Positions 15,001-30,000 of a stretch of DNA of 64,000 nucleotides are shown here, piece after piece. The notes below the pieces were generated by a model, which did not search any database, had not been told where the DNA came from, and was given only the letters and a program-made list of their open reading frames with translations. The position numbers and the translations under genes were made by a program. Each line of letters starts with the position of its first letter. Within the stretch, counting starts at the first letter, position 1. The stretch comes from Amoebophrya sp. A120 (taxonomy: Eukaryota > Protista > Dinoflagellata): contig CAJINV010000015.1 of NCBI GenBank assembly GCA_905178155.1, positions 205,074 to 269,073 on the forward strand. The letters run 5' to 3'.

Positions 15001-18000
15001 CTCCAGACTGGCCTGTGTGCATTCCAAATATGTCTGGGTCTGGAAAACTGCGAACTTGTGATGCGCACTTCACATCACACAAAGATCTGTCATGCATGGA
15101 AGCCAAAAGTTGCACACTTCTCGCCACCGAAAGAAGGGCTTCATCATGCGGATTACGCATTAAGAGACCTTATCGAAACCTGCGATGCTAGGGTGTGCAT
15201 GGTAGACCTTCTGGGTCATGCCAAAGCTGCAACACAAACCTCTGCATCCTTCCAGACCCAGACATATTTGCAATGCATAGCCTGCGCGGACAGGTGCGCT
15301 AAATTCTGCTCACTGTTTGCTGGACTGATGCTATCGTGAGAAAAAAGTGTTTCACTGTAAACTTGTAATGCAGAAAATGTATCTCACAAGTGTTTGTCTT
15401 GCTACACATGCAAGACAGTGGGTTTTTACCTGCGTTTTCCATTAGGAACCTGGCATGGCAAGTGTTCGCTGTCATGTAGAACAAACTTGTGATGCTAAAC
15501 CTGCAAAATCCTTACAGTGAAACACTTTTTTCTCAGGATAGATGCCCCCTGCCTGTTGCTGCTCTGGCACGGCAAGATGTGCTGGTGCGCCAGCACCGGA
15601 GCCCGAACTCGTGCGAGAAGAGACTCGTTGCAAAAACCCGGAGGCACCAGCGGGGGTGGCTTGTTGTGCCGCACCTCCCGCGACTTCTGGATTGTCCCTC
15701 CGTCTCTCCTCAATCATGGTCATGAACTCCTTCATTTTGCGGCCCAACGTGTCCCTGGACTTTTCCGAGGCGGGCTTCCACTGCACGTTCGTGAAGTGCA
15801 ATTCCGCGAACAAATCTGACTCGTCAAAATCGTCCAAATCTGCCTGCAAAACTGCCGCCTGAAATTGCATGTTGTTCTCCAATTTTTCCATGGTGTACTG
15901 CGCCGTGCTATGCATTGCAAATGTGTGTCTGGGTCCTCTGGAAGAGTCCTCTGCAGAAGTTTGATGTCATGCGGGTTCTGGATAGCGCTCGTGCTCCAGA
16001 TGAACGTCCGGAATATATACTGGCATGGCAACACAAAATTTATTGAGACGGCTTCTCAATTGTTCCTAATCCGCATAAAAGATCGCCCCGGGTGTTTTGG
16101 CGACAAGAGTATTTGGGTAAAACTTTTGCTGATGCTGTCCATGCATCAGAGATTTTTAATATCGTGTGATCTTCTGAAATGCGCATCACAAGTTTTTTTT
16201 GTCCTTCCAGACCCAGCAGACATTTTTGCACTTGATACGTGCCATCGTTCTCTGGCTGGGAATCTTCGTCAGCGTGATTTAAGTGGTTGTGGTACATGGC
16301 GATCAAGTCTTGTGCATCCTGTGCAAAAGTATCGTATTCGTACTAATTGCGTTTATGCATTACAAACGTTTTTCTCAAGGCAAATCCGCACTACAAATTT
16401 AATTTGTAATGCTACGTCAATCTGTAATGCAATTTATACTAGTACGATGCTTTTGCAGTGCATATTGCGCATCTGCGATACCGCTGTTCTGGTTCTGACC
16501 GGATAGAGCTCCGCTACTACCGAGATTCAATCCGTTCGTCGCCGCCAGAAGCTGTGCGTCGTCCAGAGTCGGAATGCCGCCGAGATGTTGACTGGTAGCC
16601 TTATTCGCATAATTCATCCCTCCTTCGGGATTCGATTCCAGATCCAACATCATCGTAGGTGTCATCGCAAACACCGCCCCAAAGTCCCGGTTGAGCTGCT
16701 TGCTTTTATTTCCAGAGGATGTTGAGTCGTGCATCAAATTGTGGTCTCGCATAGCCACAAAGCGCTGCTGCGCGTTGTTTCCATTAGTAGCACCGCTAGT
16801 ACCTCCGAAGAGTCCACCTGTACTGGAAAAGTCATCCGCTCCACTACCATTGAGAATCCTATCCATCTTGTGCTGGTCTCGCTTCCGCTGCAGTCTTTTC
16901 TGCATCGCCTTACTCGTTGTCGGCCGGGTCAGTTCCTCATCTGTCTGTTCAGATTTCCAACGGAGAATCGCTAATAATTCAGCCGAGCACCCGTGCAGCC
17001 CGATGTGGATCTTCTGCTTTTTCATGATGTTGGTTTGCACCATTTCTACGGAAGGACCGGCATTCTGCAGTGCTCCGTCGCTATCAACACCGCCACTTCC
17101 CGACCTTGCCTGCAATGCGACGCTCTTTTCCACGGATTTCGAGGCAAAATTTGCGGAAGTCGTAACCTTCTCGACAATGGATTTCCGGAACTGCTGGGCG
17201 CGGATCAGCTCCTGCTTGTGGTTTCGGAGAAATTTTTGCAATTGCAGTTCTTTGTTTTCTTCAAACTCCTCGAGCAATTTCGCCAGCCCCTCATCGGCTT
17301 TGTGCAGGTCGAACAGGGTTTGAATACGCTTCCTCTCCCGTTCGGCTGCTTCTTTCGCCTCTGCGTGTCGCTTTTTGTCCGCTTCGGCCTGCTTTGCTCT
17401 TTTTCTCCGCTTCGGCCCCGCTTTTTGTCCGCTGACCGGCCGCGGACTTGAAAATGAGGTATAATCCACGACAGTATAATCCGCAACCGGGGGGCTGGCG
17501 CCGCGTAATCCTCCTGAAGCTACCTGTAAATCAGGCGGTGTTCTTTGGCTTGTTTCCGCTGCAGGGCGTGAGAGCATGGCATCATTATGAGCCGCAGTTG
17601 CAGGAGACGCCGTCGCCGTAGTTCCAGCACCCGCGTCATGTGTTCCTTCACCAGTCGCAGGTCCAACTTCCACAACAGAAACGAGTTCCCCTCCGTGTTT
17701 GGCCGCGAACTTTCGGTACCGAGCGACCAAGAGTTCCTTTTTCGCCTTCCAGGACAATTCGAAGGCCTTCAACTGCTTGGTGTGCAATTGGTGCAAGCGT
17801 TGCCGAATCCGCGCGCTGGGGTCGTTCTCGTCTAACTCCGCCAATTCGTCTAACTGCTCCTGATCCTCCGCGATTCTCCCACTTCCAGGAAGAAAGTATT
17901 ACAATGAAAAATGCCCCCACCCCCGAACTTGGGAGCATTTGTATTGCAAACCTTTCCAAATGAAACATTCGCCCTCTTGCATCTATCAGCGTCACATGTT

Positions 18001-21000
18001 TGCAATCGTGAATAGCAAAAATTTGTATTGCAAAAGACCCCAGCAAGAGCGGCACTTGTCATGCAAGCGATAGGATACACGACTACATTCTGCATCAGAA
18101 AGATTCATACTCCTTTCATGCATGGCAAAAAGTTTTCATTTGGAAACTTCGCATCACAAATTTTTGCAATTTAGGGGTGGGGGGGCACTTTTCACTGTAA
18201 TAGAAAGTTGTTCTTGTTCTCGTCCTCCTCCATCCCCGCGGCCGTCATATCAACTGTAAAAATGTCTGGGTCTGGAAGAATCCAACTTGTCATGTTGATT
18301 TTGGATTCTAAAAAAATCTGTATTGCATGAGCAGCCAAGAGAGTCCAAGTTTTGCTACACGGAAAGAGCATTTGTCATGCGGTATAGGCATCAGGAAGCC
18401 GTCACAAAATCTGTCATACCAGGGCATGCATCACTGACATCAGGAGTCATGCAAAATGTGCATGACAAACCTGGCAATCTTCCAGACCCAGACATTTTTA
18501 CATTTGATACGTCAAAACCTGGCGCAACTGCTTCTCCAGATCGTCAGTCGAGGTGCTGTATCAAATGCCAAGATGTCTGGGTCTGGAAACATACAAACTT
18601 GTCATGCATATTTTCCATGCCCCATGACGTCTGCGATGCGGGACCTAGCATGACAGGTTCTGCGAAGTCTCTATCATGTCTTTCTTGCATGACAAACTGC
18701 CGCTAAACTTGTTAAAGAAGTGGGCACCTTTTGGTAATCTTGCAACACAGATTTTTGTACTATTCAGACTCAGCATGACAAGTTGCATCCTTCCAGACCC
18801 AGACATATTTGCAATGCATATGCTGCTCGACAATAAGCCGGATGATGTGGAACTCGAAGCACTGCTCGTCCCAGAATTTGTGGATGTCACCGCCGCTAAC
18901 GGTGTTCCCAATGCCGCGACCAGCCGGATGGCGACCGGCACCGGGATCTTGTTGAACTTGATATGATAAAAGTTCGTGTTGCCGTGGGATAAATTTTTGG
19001 TCGTACTCGGGTCCTATCCAAGAAAAAAACTGTGCTAGTGTAACTATATTTGGCTGACAGCATCACAAATTTGCTCTACATGACAGAGAAAACCTGTCAT
19101 GCGTGGATTGCAAGGGAAAACACACGTGAAGAGAGGAGTCAATGGCTGTCTGGCATGACAGGCGTAACTCTGTTGGATGTTCTGCATTTACAGAGTTACA
19201 CTATACACAGTTTTTTTCTTGCATAGATCCCCGGCGGTGACTAGTTGTAGATACGGGTTGAAGATGTGCTTCAAAACCTGCTGCGTATTGAACTTCTTGT
19301 CGCCCGCTTTCAACTTCGTTTGCACCGTCTTCGTCTGTTTATCCACAATTTCTGCCATGTGGGCATTAGTATCCTGTGCAAAAGTATCCGTATCGTATTC
19401 GTATAGTTAAATGCATTACAAATTTCCTCAGCATGACAAATAAAATTTGTAATGCGGATTTGCTTTAAGAAAAAAATTTGTAATGCATGTTCGCAATACG
19501 AGTACGATACTTTTGCACGGGATAATTCGACAAGTCGAGCCTCTCCTCCTTGACAACGGAAGTTAGTTGGAATAACTGCTGCTTCACGAACCGCTTTCGC
19601 GCTCTATCATACGCGATCATGCGCCGCTTCTTGGTCTGCAGACTTTGCCCGTACGAATTCCGGAGGAGTTCTAGCTGTTGTGCCCGGTCCCCCTGCTGGG
19701 GTTGATGTTGGTCGGAGGAAATAACCTGCTTGTTCACACTGATGCGCCTCGTCAAATCAACCGGGATCTTTTTCTCCTTCTCTTCCGAACTCAAAGCGTC
19801 GAAATTGACGTGGAAAGGGTCCCCTTGTCCGTTTTTCTGCCCCGAGCGGGGGGACCCGTCCGGCACGGCGCCAGCGCCGGCCGCTCCACCGGTTGATGTT
19901 CCGGCAAGAGAAGTTCGGGCGAGACGTATCAAAAGGAAAAATTCCCCCACCCCATATCAAAAGCGAAATTTGTGTTGCTGTATTTGAGTACACAAATCGA
20001 TTTGTATTGCTAGAAGGCCAAGAGACGCAGATGCTCCCTCCTTTGGAGGCAATTTGTCATGCCATTTCCCATTTCCAGTTGCCTCCTGTCATGCTGAAGA
20101 CGCAAGGCGTTCCTGCGCCAGCCAGCACTACAGTCCGCATGTCTTCCCTCCTGGCATCACAGAGCTGATTTGTGACCACAAATCTGCATCACAGATTTCC
20201 GTTTTGATATGGGGAGCGGGCGCTTTTCATTGTAATAAGACGAGCGGTGGTGTCAAGTTGAATGGGCATGCCCTCGTTCTTGACCAGCTTGGTCCTCGTA
20301 GCCTCAATTTCCTTCTGCGTTTCCGCGGCCCAGATTTGCTGCTGCAGAGCGAGGAACCCATTGGGCGTATTAGCATCCAAGCCTCGATCCGCTTCCACAG
20401 TCTGCCCGTTGTCTTGGAATTCCGACGGACTTAACAGTAGCAATGCGAAGAAGTCCTGCACGGTTTTGGAGAAGTGCACCTGCTCCACGCTTTTTTCTTT
20501 TTCCCGCTTCTCGTTTTCCTTCGCCGGCTTTTCGAGCGTCGCCGAGATGACTTCAAAAAGCTCCTTGTAGCTCGCTGGCACTTCGGCGACCAGGGCTTCC
20601 AGGCCCTGAATGGTTATCCTGAGTAAAAACGTCCCCATGCCAGAGTCAAGATGGAAAATCTGCTAGACAAATCAGCCAACTTTGGTTTTTTCGTATGACA
20701 AGTTCGTCCTCGTAGTGTAGTCCTGTTTGGCTAGTTCACCAGCATCACAGACCTAGCACATTATGCTATTATAGCATCACAAATCCCAAAACACGAATAG
20801 AAAAACAGTTTCATGTGGCTTCGCATGAGACACTTTCTTTGGCATGCAGATTTGCATGACAACTCTGGGGTGGGGATGTTTTTCCTCAGCATAATGGTTC
20901 TGGATTTCTTGGTCCGCAGAGAAGTGGTCAACTTCGAATCTGCACGATCCGTGATCGTCTGCCGGGACTTGCGCAGGGCGGGCTTCTTCTGCGAGCCCCG

Positions 21001-24000
21001 GAGCGGGAGCCATCGCGTTTCGACTTCTTCCACAATCTGCTGCGATCGCTCTTCCTTGTCGAAAATCTCTTGCTCTTCCTTGGTCCGGTGCTCCGGCTTC
21101 TTTCGGATGATCTCGTCCAATGTTCGGAACTTCGTTAGCCGGTCCGATTTGTCCAAAACCGATTCCCGATTCTCGTTCTCGAAGATCTCCATGTTGCTGT
21201 GGATAGTCGGGAACAGCAGTGACGCAAGCTGTTCGTACGCGTCTTTCAAATACGAGTGCATCTTTTCTAACGACCAATGCTTGCGGATGAATTCCGCCGT
21301 CGTTTCCAGCGGAAAGGTGATGTAGGTCTGCCCCACGCTGTTCAGCGCTTTCTGCAATCTCCGGAGTTCGCTGATCTCGGTCTCTCCCGGATCGACATCC
21401 CTTTTCTCTGCGGAAGACTGGGAAAGTTTGTCGGCCTGTCGCCGACTGGACCCGATAAACGCTCTCCCGCCCGCGGAGGAGCTGCTGTGTCGTCTTCTAG
21501 ACGAAAGATTGCTCTTCTTTTTCTTTTCTGACACTGTTTTGGGGTCGAAATTTTGCACCAAAAGATACGCTTTCTCGTACTTTTCTCGGTGCTCGATCAC
21601 TTTATTCAGCAGCGCCCAAACTTCGTCGCGCGTCGCCATCTGGGCTCCGCCGTCCTTTCGGTCTTGTTCTTTCTTGAGCGCCTTTTCGATAGCATCGGTT
21701 AGGTCCTTGCGCAGCTGGATCTCGTTGTTCTTCTGGTCTTCTGCTGCCGCGACTAAAATCAACCGCTTCAGTTCGGAAAAAATGAAGTTCTGCAGGTCGG
21801 TATCGCGGACTAGGGAAAATTCCACGGACACGCTCTGCGGCTGCCACAAGTTTTCGATCACGACCGCATTCTTCCTTTCCTCCGCCATGTGCTCCTCCTC
21901 GAGATCTAGAAGTGCACCGGCCGCTTTTTTCAATTCGTTCTCATCTTCTTTGTTCTCCGTTTGTTCCTCGTCGTCAGAGAGGCGAAATTTCGGCAGCTGA
22001 ATCATGCCACTGCGGATGAAGGTGCGGTTATCCTGTGTAAAAACGTCCCCACACCAGAGTCAAGATGGGAAATCTGCTAGACAAATCAGCCAGCTTTGGT
22101 TGTTTGGCATGACAAATTTGTCCGCGTAGTGTAATCCTGTTTAGCTAGTTCAGAAGCATCACAGATCTCGCATAGTATGCTGATTCTAGCATTACAAATT
22201 CCAAAAAACGACTAGAAAATGGCTCTCGTGGGCGTCCGCATGAGAAACTTTTTTGACATGCAGATCCGCATGACAACTCTGGGGTGGGGACATTTTTACT
22301 CAGGATAGCGGTAGAAAAGGTCCAGTTTCTCATTTTCACCGAGCTCGTGATATTTTTTCTTCTTCGAGCCACCAACCGCAGCGGAAGCAACGGCACCGAA
22401 CCGTCGGACGGTACCAAGCCAACCCGTCGGACTCGTTTCTTCTTCCCCCCGCATGGTGAGCGCGTGCCGCATGTCTTCCTCGGTCTCGGTCGCGAGGCGC
22501 TTCGCTACGTCTGGACTGGTCGCCATACTCTGCAGTTCCTGGAACAGCGACGGCATCTGGTTCTCCATCTGCCGTATCCCACAGAAAAAAGCAGGCAGGG
22601 CAGATTTGTAATGCAAAAGTAAATACACAGAAAAATCTGTCATGGGCGGCCCCATAGCATGCTGTTTAGGATATGCAATCAATGCAGATTTTTTGGTGTA
22701 TATATTTTTGCATTACAAATGTGACCTGCCGGCTTTTTTCTGTGTGATATGCCGCTGCACGTACTTAATCCGTTCCACCGCCATGCGCGGCAACACTTCC
22801 TTCGCATCCACCGAGGCACGGATGCCGTAGTGCGACCGGAATTCTACCATGGTTTGCAGCCGCACTGGAAGAAGAATTCGAACCGGGTTTGTGGCCATAC
22901 CGAGGAGGGAAAGCGCCTGCTTCGTGCTGTCAAAATTTGTTCCTGTGTAGCTGCTTCTACCAGAAGTAGTACCTGCTCCCCCGTCGTCCGCAGAAGTACT
23001 GGCACCACCAGCAGGCGCGTTTTGCGTGAATTGGAGGTCAAAGTTGAAATTCTGCACGTGCGAGTTGATATTGATGTTCTGCCCGCTGAACAAGATTTTG
23101 AAGCGTCGTCGCCCGTCAACCCAATTCTTTTTCACCTCCTCATCTGAAAACTTCTCCTTGTTCTTCAACCAAGTAAGCGCCTCTTCAATGTTCGCAAAGG
23201 TTTTCGAGTCGGCATTTTCCTTCATCATGTTCAGGTCTTCCAACTGTTCCTGGGCTCTTTTCTCCGCGCGCCGTATCGACGGGCGCCACACCTTCCTCCG
23301 TACCGTCTTCAGATTGTTCTTCAGCCTCTGTCGCTTGCCCACGCGTGCAGCTGGAGAAGCTTCTGCTGCTGTAGTACCAGGACCAGGTTCTTGTTGCCCC
23401 ATCGGATCGGCTATCCTGTGCAAAAGTATCGCAGTCGTAGCTGCAATTGCAGTCTTGCATTGCAATTCTTTCTCTTCTTAAGGTGAGTCCGCAATTATAC
23501 AAATTCCATTTCTCCATCTCATGCTGAGAAGATTTGTAAATGCAATTTTTACTTGTAGTACTACGATACTTCTGCAATTCATATCGTCCTCGCCTTGATT
23601 CAACTGAACTTCGTTGTCGTCTTCGTCGTACCAGGAAATTTATCGCTAGAAAAAACTGTTTCAATTTGTGATGCAGAAGATGCAACATTAGCACAGAAGC
23701 AGAACAAGTGCTTGTCTTGCTACACATGCAACTACACGTTGGGTTCGTACTCGTAGCCTTGCTCTTCATCTTTGGGGCGCATGCGCATGCACGGCGAATT
23801 TTGTCTGCTATCGAGAACATCAAACAACTTGTGTTGCAAAGCTCGCAAAATCCTATAACAGTAAAACATTTTTTTCCACCACGATAAAATGGTGACATCC
23901 TTCAATTCCAGATCCAGATCGTCGTTCCGCACGGTGCTGAACCTCGTCCCGAGCATACCTTGGTTCTTCCATCTTCTCTATCAAATGCAAAAACGTCTGG

Positions 24001-27000
24001 GTCTGGAAGATTCTGAGACTTGTCATGCACGTTTTGCATGAGCCCTGATCGATCTGTGATGCATGCCCTAGCATCGCAGATTTTTTGAGGGTTTTTTGAT
24101 GCCTATTCCGCATGACAAATACCCCTACTACCACGTGGCGAAAATTACACTCCCTTTGCTGCTCGTGCAATACAGATTTTTTTGGAATCCAAATGTAGCA
24201 TCACAAGTTGCATGCTTCCAGACCCAGACATTTTTGCACATGATATTCTCCGCATTTCGGAGAAGTATTTCGCTTTCCACTCGTCCTCGTGCTGTTTGCG
24301 CTCGACTAGCTTCTATGCATTGCAAATATGTCTGGGTCTGGAAACTTGTGATGCTAAGAGTGAATGAGAGTTCCACTGCAATACGAAGCCAAGCATGGCA
24401 AATTTTTGGGCTCCTGGGTGTTGCGTGTTCCGCATGGCAAACTGCGTTTTTGCATGACAGGTAAGAGGACCACTGTGTGCCCATGCATCACAGATTCTTG
24501 AGTCATGTCAGACAAGCATGACAAATGTAGCAATCTTCCAGACCCAGACATTTTTACAGTTGATAGCTTCTGCACGGCTTCCTTAAAGTCCAAATCTTCC
24601 GCGCTCTTCGGCGCGCTGGTGCTAGTGAAAGTTGTTTCATTTTCCTCGTCGGTAGAAGTAGACGCTGCTTCTTGCAACGCCGATAAGTTACTACTGCCCT
24701 CCACGTCACCTCTGATTAAAGAGGTTAAATCGTAAAACCCCTGCAATTTTTTCGCGTTCTTCGCATTCGTTTGCTCCGAGAACAGAGACGCCGGCGTGGT
24801 GCCGACAAGCTGCGCGTTTCCGTTGTAATTTGCCTTCTCGGCGAGGTTTGCATTCACCAGTGGGAGCTCCAGTTGCACCCGCGGCATCACGCCGATGGGG
24901 TAGCCGGACGTCCCACTCAGGGTGTTCGTGTAGCTGCGGCTCGCAATATACATTGCAAAAGTACTATCGTACCACCTCCGTAACAACTGCAGTCAGTCAT
25001 GCATTACAAGTTTCTTTCTCGCAGCAAATCCGCATTAGAAGTTCAATTTGTCATGCTTAGCCACCTTCGTAATGCAATGTCTACTAGTACAAGTACGATG
25101 CTTTTGCAATGCATACGCAACATCGCGGTACCACTGGGACAAGGCCTCCACCGCCTGGTCGTTGCTTCGCCCAAAGTCCTCATACAGGGTAAAACCACGC
25201 GTTCGGACGTCGTAGAGCTCCTGCTGGCGCCAGAAGCTGCGCTCTTTCATGATGCGCTGCATGCCCTTGGACACTGCGGACGAAGATGACACTGCGGACC
25301 AACGTCCGGGGGACTTCTCATCCTCATTCTGATCCACCAATTTCGTGTACTTTGTGTCGTATCGGTGTGCCAGCCGGATCTGGGACTGGTTCGGATGCAG
25401 CGTGTGCTCGTTTTGCAACCGCAAACGGTTTTCTGTTTCGCCGTAGACGGAGTTGTCGATCTCGATCACGTTTTCTTGTGCAGGGATATTTTGGCCATTT
25501 TGGTTTTGCTGGGGAATTTCCTGTTTCGCGGTCTGCTCACGTTTGACGATAAATTCCTTGGCGAAAGTCTGGAACAACTTTTCCCTTCGCTTCAGCTATG
25601 CAAGAAAAAAACTGTGTAAGCGTAAATCTGTGATGCGGAAAATGCAAAATAGTTACACTTGTCATGCCAGACAGCCATGAAGTCCTATTGCGCAGGTGTT
25701 TTCCCGTACTAATTCTGCATGACAGGATTTCTGTGTCATGCAGAACAAATTTGTCATGCTGTCACCCGAAGACACCTACACTGACACAGTTTTTTCGTTC
25801 CATATCAGCCCGATCTCTTTCAAGCCGTCAAAGTGGTCCCAATGGGCGATCTCCTTCTGGTACGTCGGCGTCTTCGGGACTTTCTGCACTTCCACCACGT
25901 CGATGACCTTCGCAAACATTGTGTGTTTCTTGCGGAGCTTCTGTTTATTCGCAGGTGCTGTTCCTGACGCAGCATTCGCTCCTGCAGTTGCACCAGGAAC
26001 AGCTGTTGCAGCACCAGCTGCACCATTTCCTGCTCTATTGCTTCCACTTCCGCCGCCCACGATTTGCAACCCTCCCACGACCGATTTTTTGGCCACAGTC
26101 TCATCCTCATCGTTAGTCTTTACGTGCTTCGGGATCAGCGTGTCGCTGTTTTGCGTGTGCAGTACCATGGTCTTCTTTGCAATGACGTCTGGTAGCCGCT
26201 GCACCAGCTCGATTTCCTCGATGTTGCTGTTCACGTTTTCCAGCCAAGCTCGGGCCACCTGCTGCCGCCGTTTCAACGACTCCGCCCCCGGAGTGGTTTT
26301 TGTACGCAAATTTTCCTTCTGGTCTCCCTTGGTCGCAGCGGAGCTGATGGCAATTAGAAATTCCCGCAAATCCACTTCCTTTTGGATTGAGTAGCTCGCC
26401 CGCTCTAACGTCGTTTTCAATTCCAATTTTGCTTCGAACGTTCGCAGGGGTTCCGCCTCACTTTGCACCAGCCACCAGGCCTGGCCGAAGTACGCAGGCC
26501 CCGCGAAGGTCGCATCTAAGTGAATAGCCGATTCGAAATGTCGCATCGGGATTTCGTAGACCTTGTACCCGATAGCACCCTCATCCCACGATCCGCGCGC
26601 GCGCGCGAACGCCAAGGCGTCGTCATTCCGGATTGCTTCCAACGCGAGTGTACCGATGCGAATGTGGTAAAAGGGGTTCTTCATCGCGCGCAACCCGACG
26701 TATTTCGTGTAATCAGCGCGCAGCTCCTCGACTTTGGTTATCATGCCAGAGCTGTGGTCACTGCGCGGTGATGACGAAGCGGGATTCGAAGTAGAATCTC
26801 CCTCGCCGGCGATATTTTCCTCCTCAATGACCTGCTTCTGACGCTGGAACGCTTCCCACGCGTCCGGGAATTTTGCATCCAGCGTGAGCAATTCCTGTTT
26901 CATATCAAAATGAAAAAACCCCCCTCCCCATATCGAAACGGAAATTTGTGATGCTGATTTGTGGCCACAAATCGTCTCTGTCTTGCATATAGGGTCATAG

Positions 27001-30000
27001 GAGCCATTTTACGCATTCCAGAGCAAGTCTGTCATGCGCTTTCGACTGCTGCGAACCTGTTTGCCATGCGCAATTGCTAGCCTTCTGCATACCCAAACAG
27101 GCTCAGAAAATGCAGCCAAGCACTTTCTGCAAGACAGATCTGATTTGTGTACGCAAATCCAGCATCAGAAACTTCGTTTCGATATGGGGAGGGGGGATTT
27201 TTCCTCTCAATATTTCAAGGGGTAAGGGTCCATACCGGTATTACTCGCGTCCATGTGGACGAACACACGCACCTATCAAATGCAAATATGTCTGGGTCTG
27301 GGAGAATGTAATGTCTGTCATGCACGACTAGCTTGGCTCTTAAGTCTGTCATGCACGCCACCCAAAAGTCACACTTCTCTGTCATGCAGAAACGCAGTTT
27401 GTCATGCAGATAGGCAATACTATAGCAACTCCAAAACTTGTCTTGCTTGCCTGTCAAGGAAGGCGTCCAAATGATTCGCCGAACAGCATCACAAGTTTCC
27501 AGACCCAGACATATTTGCAAGTGATAGCACCACGCCCAGCACGGCCTTCGCCCGCATGTCTTCAAACTCGTCCTCCTTCTTGTCCGGCCGCTTTTCCGTG
27601 CCCTCGAAGTCCCAGCGAAGCTCGGAGAGCCAGTTTTCGTAGCGGCGCAGCGCTTCGTCTTGAATCTTCGCCGGGTCGCGGACCGGTGGGATCGGAGTGC
27701 TGTGTAGTTGCTGCCCGGCAGCCTGCGGAGCTCCAGTAGAATCTACGTCCATACCTATCAAATGTAAAAACGTACCCACACCAGAGTTGTAATGCAGATT
27801 TGCAACGACAAAGACATTTGTGATGCGCATCCGCATGAGAGCCATTTCCAATCGTGTTTTGGAATTTGTGATGCTGTGAACGGGATCAGCAGGTCGATTT
27901 GTCATGCGGCTTTGCTTGCTAACTTGCACTACCTTGCGGACTGAAACTTGTCATGCGTGACTCCCAAAACTCCTAGGTTTGTGTTGCAAAATCCCCATCT
28001 TGACTCTGGTGTGGGTACGTTTTTACTCAGGATAATACCGTCTGGGGAGTTGGTGGTCTTGAAAGTTGACGAGGAAAGCATGCCTACCTCAACACCCTCT
28101 GCGGCCTGTTTGATGGCCGCGAGCTGTTTGTTGTTTGCGTCTTCAATTTTCCCGCGGCTTTTGTCCAAAAACAAGGCCCACTGCTCGGCCAGCGCCTGCA
28201 GCGTGTTGTATTCGCGGATTTTGTCAATTGGGTTTTGCTGCGTGTACTTCCGGGCCTCGCTGCCGCCAAAAAGAGCGCCAACGGCTCCCATGGCCATGGC
28301 GCCGTACCTATCCTCAGTAAAAACATCCCCACCCCAGAGTTGTCATGCAAATGCGCATTAACAGGAACAGCTGTAATGCGCAGCTCCATGAGAGGCATTT
28401 TCAGTCGCGTTTTGGAATTTGTAATGCTGCAAACAGGATGAGAGAATGGCTTTCTCATGCGGCTTCCCTTGCCAACGACCACTACACTGCAGAGGGAAAC
28501 TTGTCATGCACAGCTCCCAAAACTTGGAGATTTGTGTTGCTAGATTCCCAACTTGACTATGGGGTGGGGACGTTTTTGCTTAGGATAGTACCCCACCTGG
28601 ACTCCCGCAACCGTGGCCGCGTAGCCGGCTGTGGTGTATGCACTGCAAATATGTCTGGGTCTGGAAACTTGTAATGCAAGTCAGTCAATAAGGAATGCAC
28701 TGTAATGCGTCGCCAAGCATGACAAGTTTTTTCTTGCTTCTGCGCTGCGTATTCCGCATGAGCAACTGCGTTTCTGCATGACAGGCGAGAGAGCCTGTTT
28801 GTGGCCACGCAATACAGAGTTAAGGGTCATGCCGGACCAGCATGACAAACCTCGGAATCTTCTTCCAGACCCAGACATTTGTGCATGCGATATGGTGGCG
28901 GTAGTGGCCACGGCGGTGCCGGCGGTAGCCGCCCCGGCCGTGGCGAAGGTTCCGGAAACCGCGGCGACTGCCGTGCTGCTGGACCCGAAGGCGGCCAGGC
29001 CCAGGCCGCCTACCGCCCCAATGCCCGATGCAAACAGCCCGGCGATCAGCACACCCACCACGGCCCCCGCCAGCACGCCGCCCCCAACGATGCCGACATT
29101 CGATATCTGGGCCTTTTTCTGCAGGTACCAGGCCTGTTTGGTCAAATCGAATTTCTTTTCCAACGTAACTCGAAACCCTTGGTATTGGAACAGAAACTTG
29201 CTGTACAGCAAATCCTGCGTCTTAATCACGAGCAAGTCCTTGTTGTGGAATTCGTGGAGTCGCTTCTTCTCCTGCGACTCCGACTGGGTTTTGTACTGGA
29301 TCAACCGTTGCTCCTCACTGTTCGCCCCGATCAATGCGCTGCTGGTAGCATCCTTGCTGGATTTTTCAAGGACTGCGGAGTACAGGGGTAACAGTTTGTC
29401 GGTGACCCACGGTAGGAGTACGGGTGGCGTTGCCGCAGGAGCGGGGGCACTGGTGCCCATTGGGACGTCAGCATTTCCATTTCCACCTGCCGCTGCGGTC
29501 GTTATAGTTATTCCTGAAGGTAACTGCGTGGCGTCGATCGCTTTTAAAAGTTGTTCTGACGTCATAACCGCGTTTTCCGCTACAACTTTTTTCAGGGCAG
29601 TGACTTTGCTGCACACGGTTTTTTGAAGATGTCCTTGGCCTTGCTGCTGCTGCCCGACATCTACTTCCCCGACGAGGAAATCATAACCCGCTGGGGCTGG
29701 GAGCAACGCCGTGGGCGGAGAAATTATGCCGGTTATCTTATAATCCCCGATCGCATCTGAAGAAATGTCCTGCAGTTTTTCGTCGAGCGACTGTTTCTCG
29801 AAAAACTCATCCTCGAAGGAAAGATTTCTGCTTCCTTCCAACCCGCCCATCTGTAGCGACAGGATGTCGCTTTCCTTCTCCGCGAGCAAAAATCCCTGCG
29901 TCACCATCGCCGTCACTCGCGCCGTGCCCTTCTTGCCTTGGCGACTGGTGCGGCCCAGGGCCTGCGCCTCTTCCCGGGATTCCGCGAGGAAGGTCAGTTC

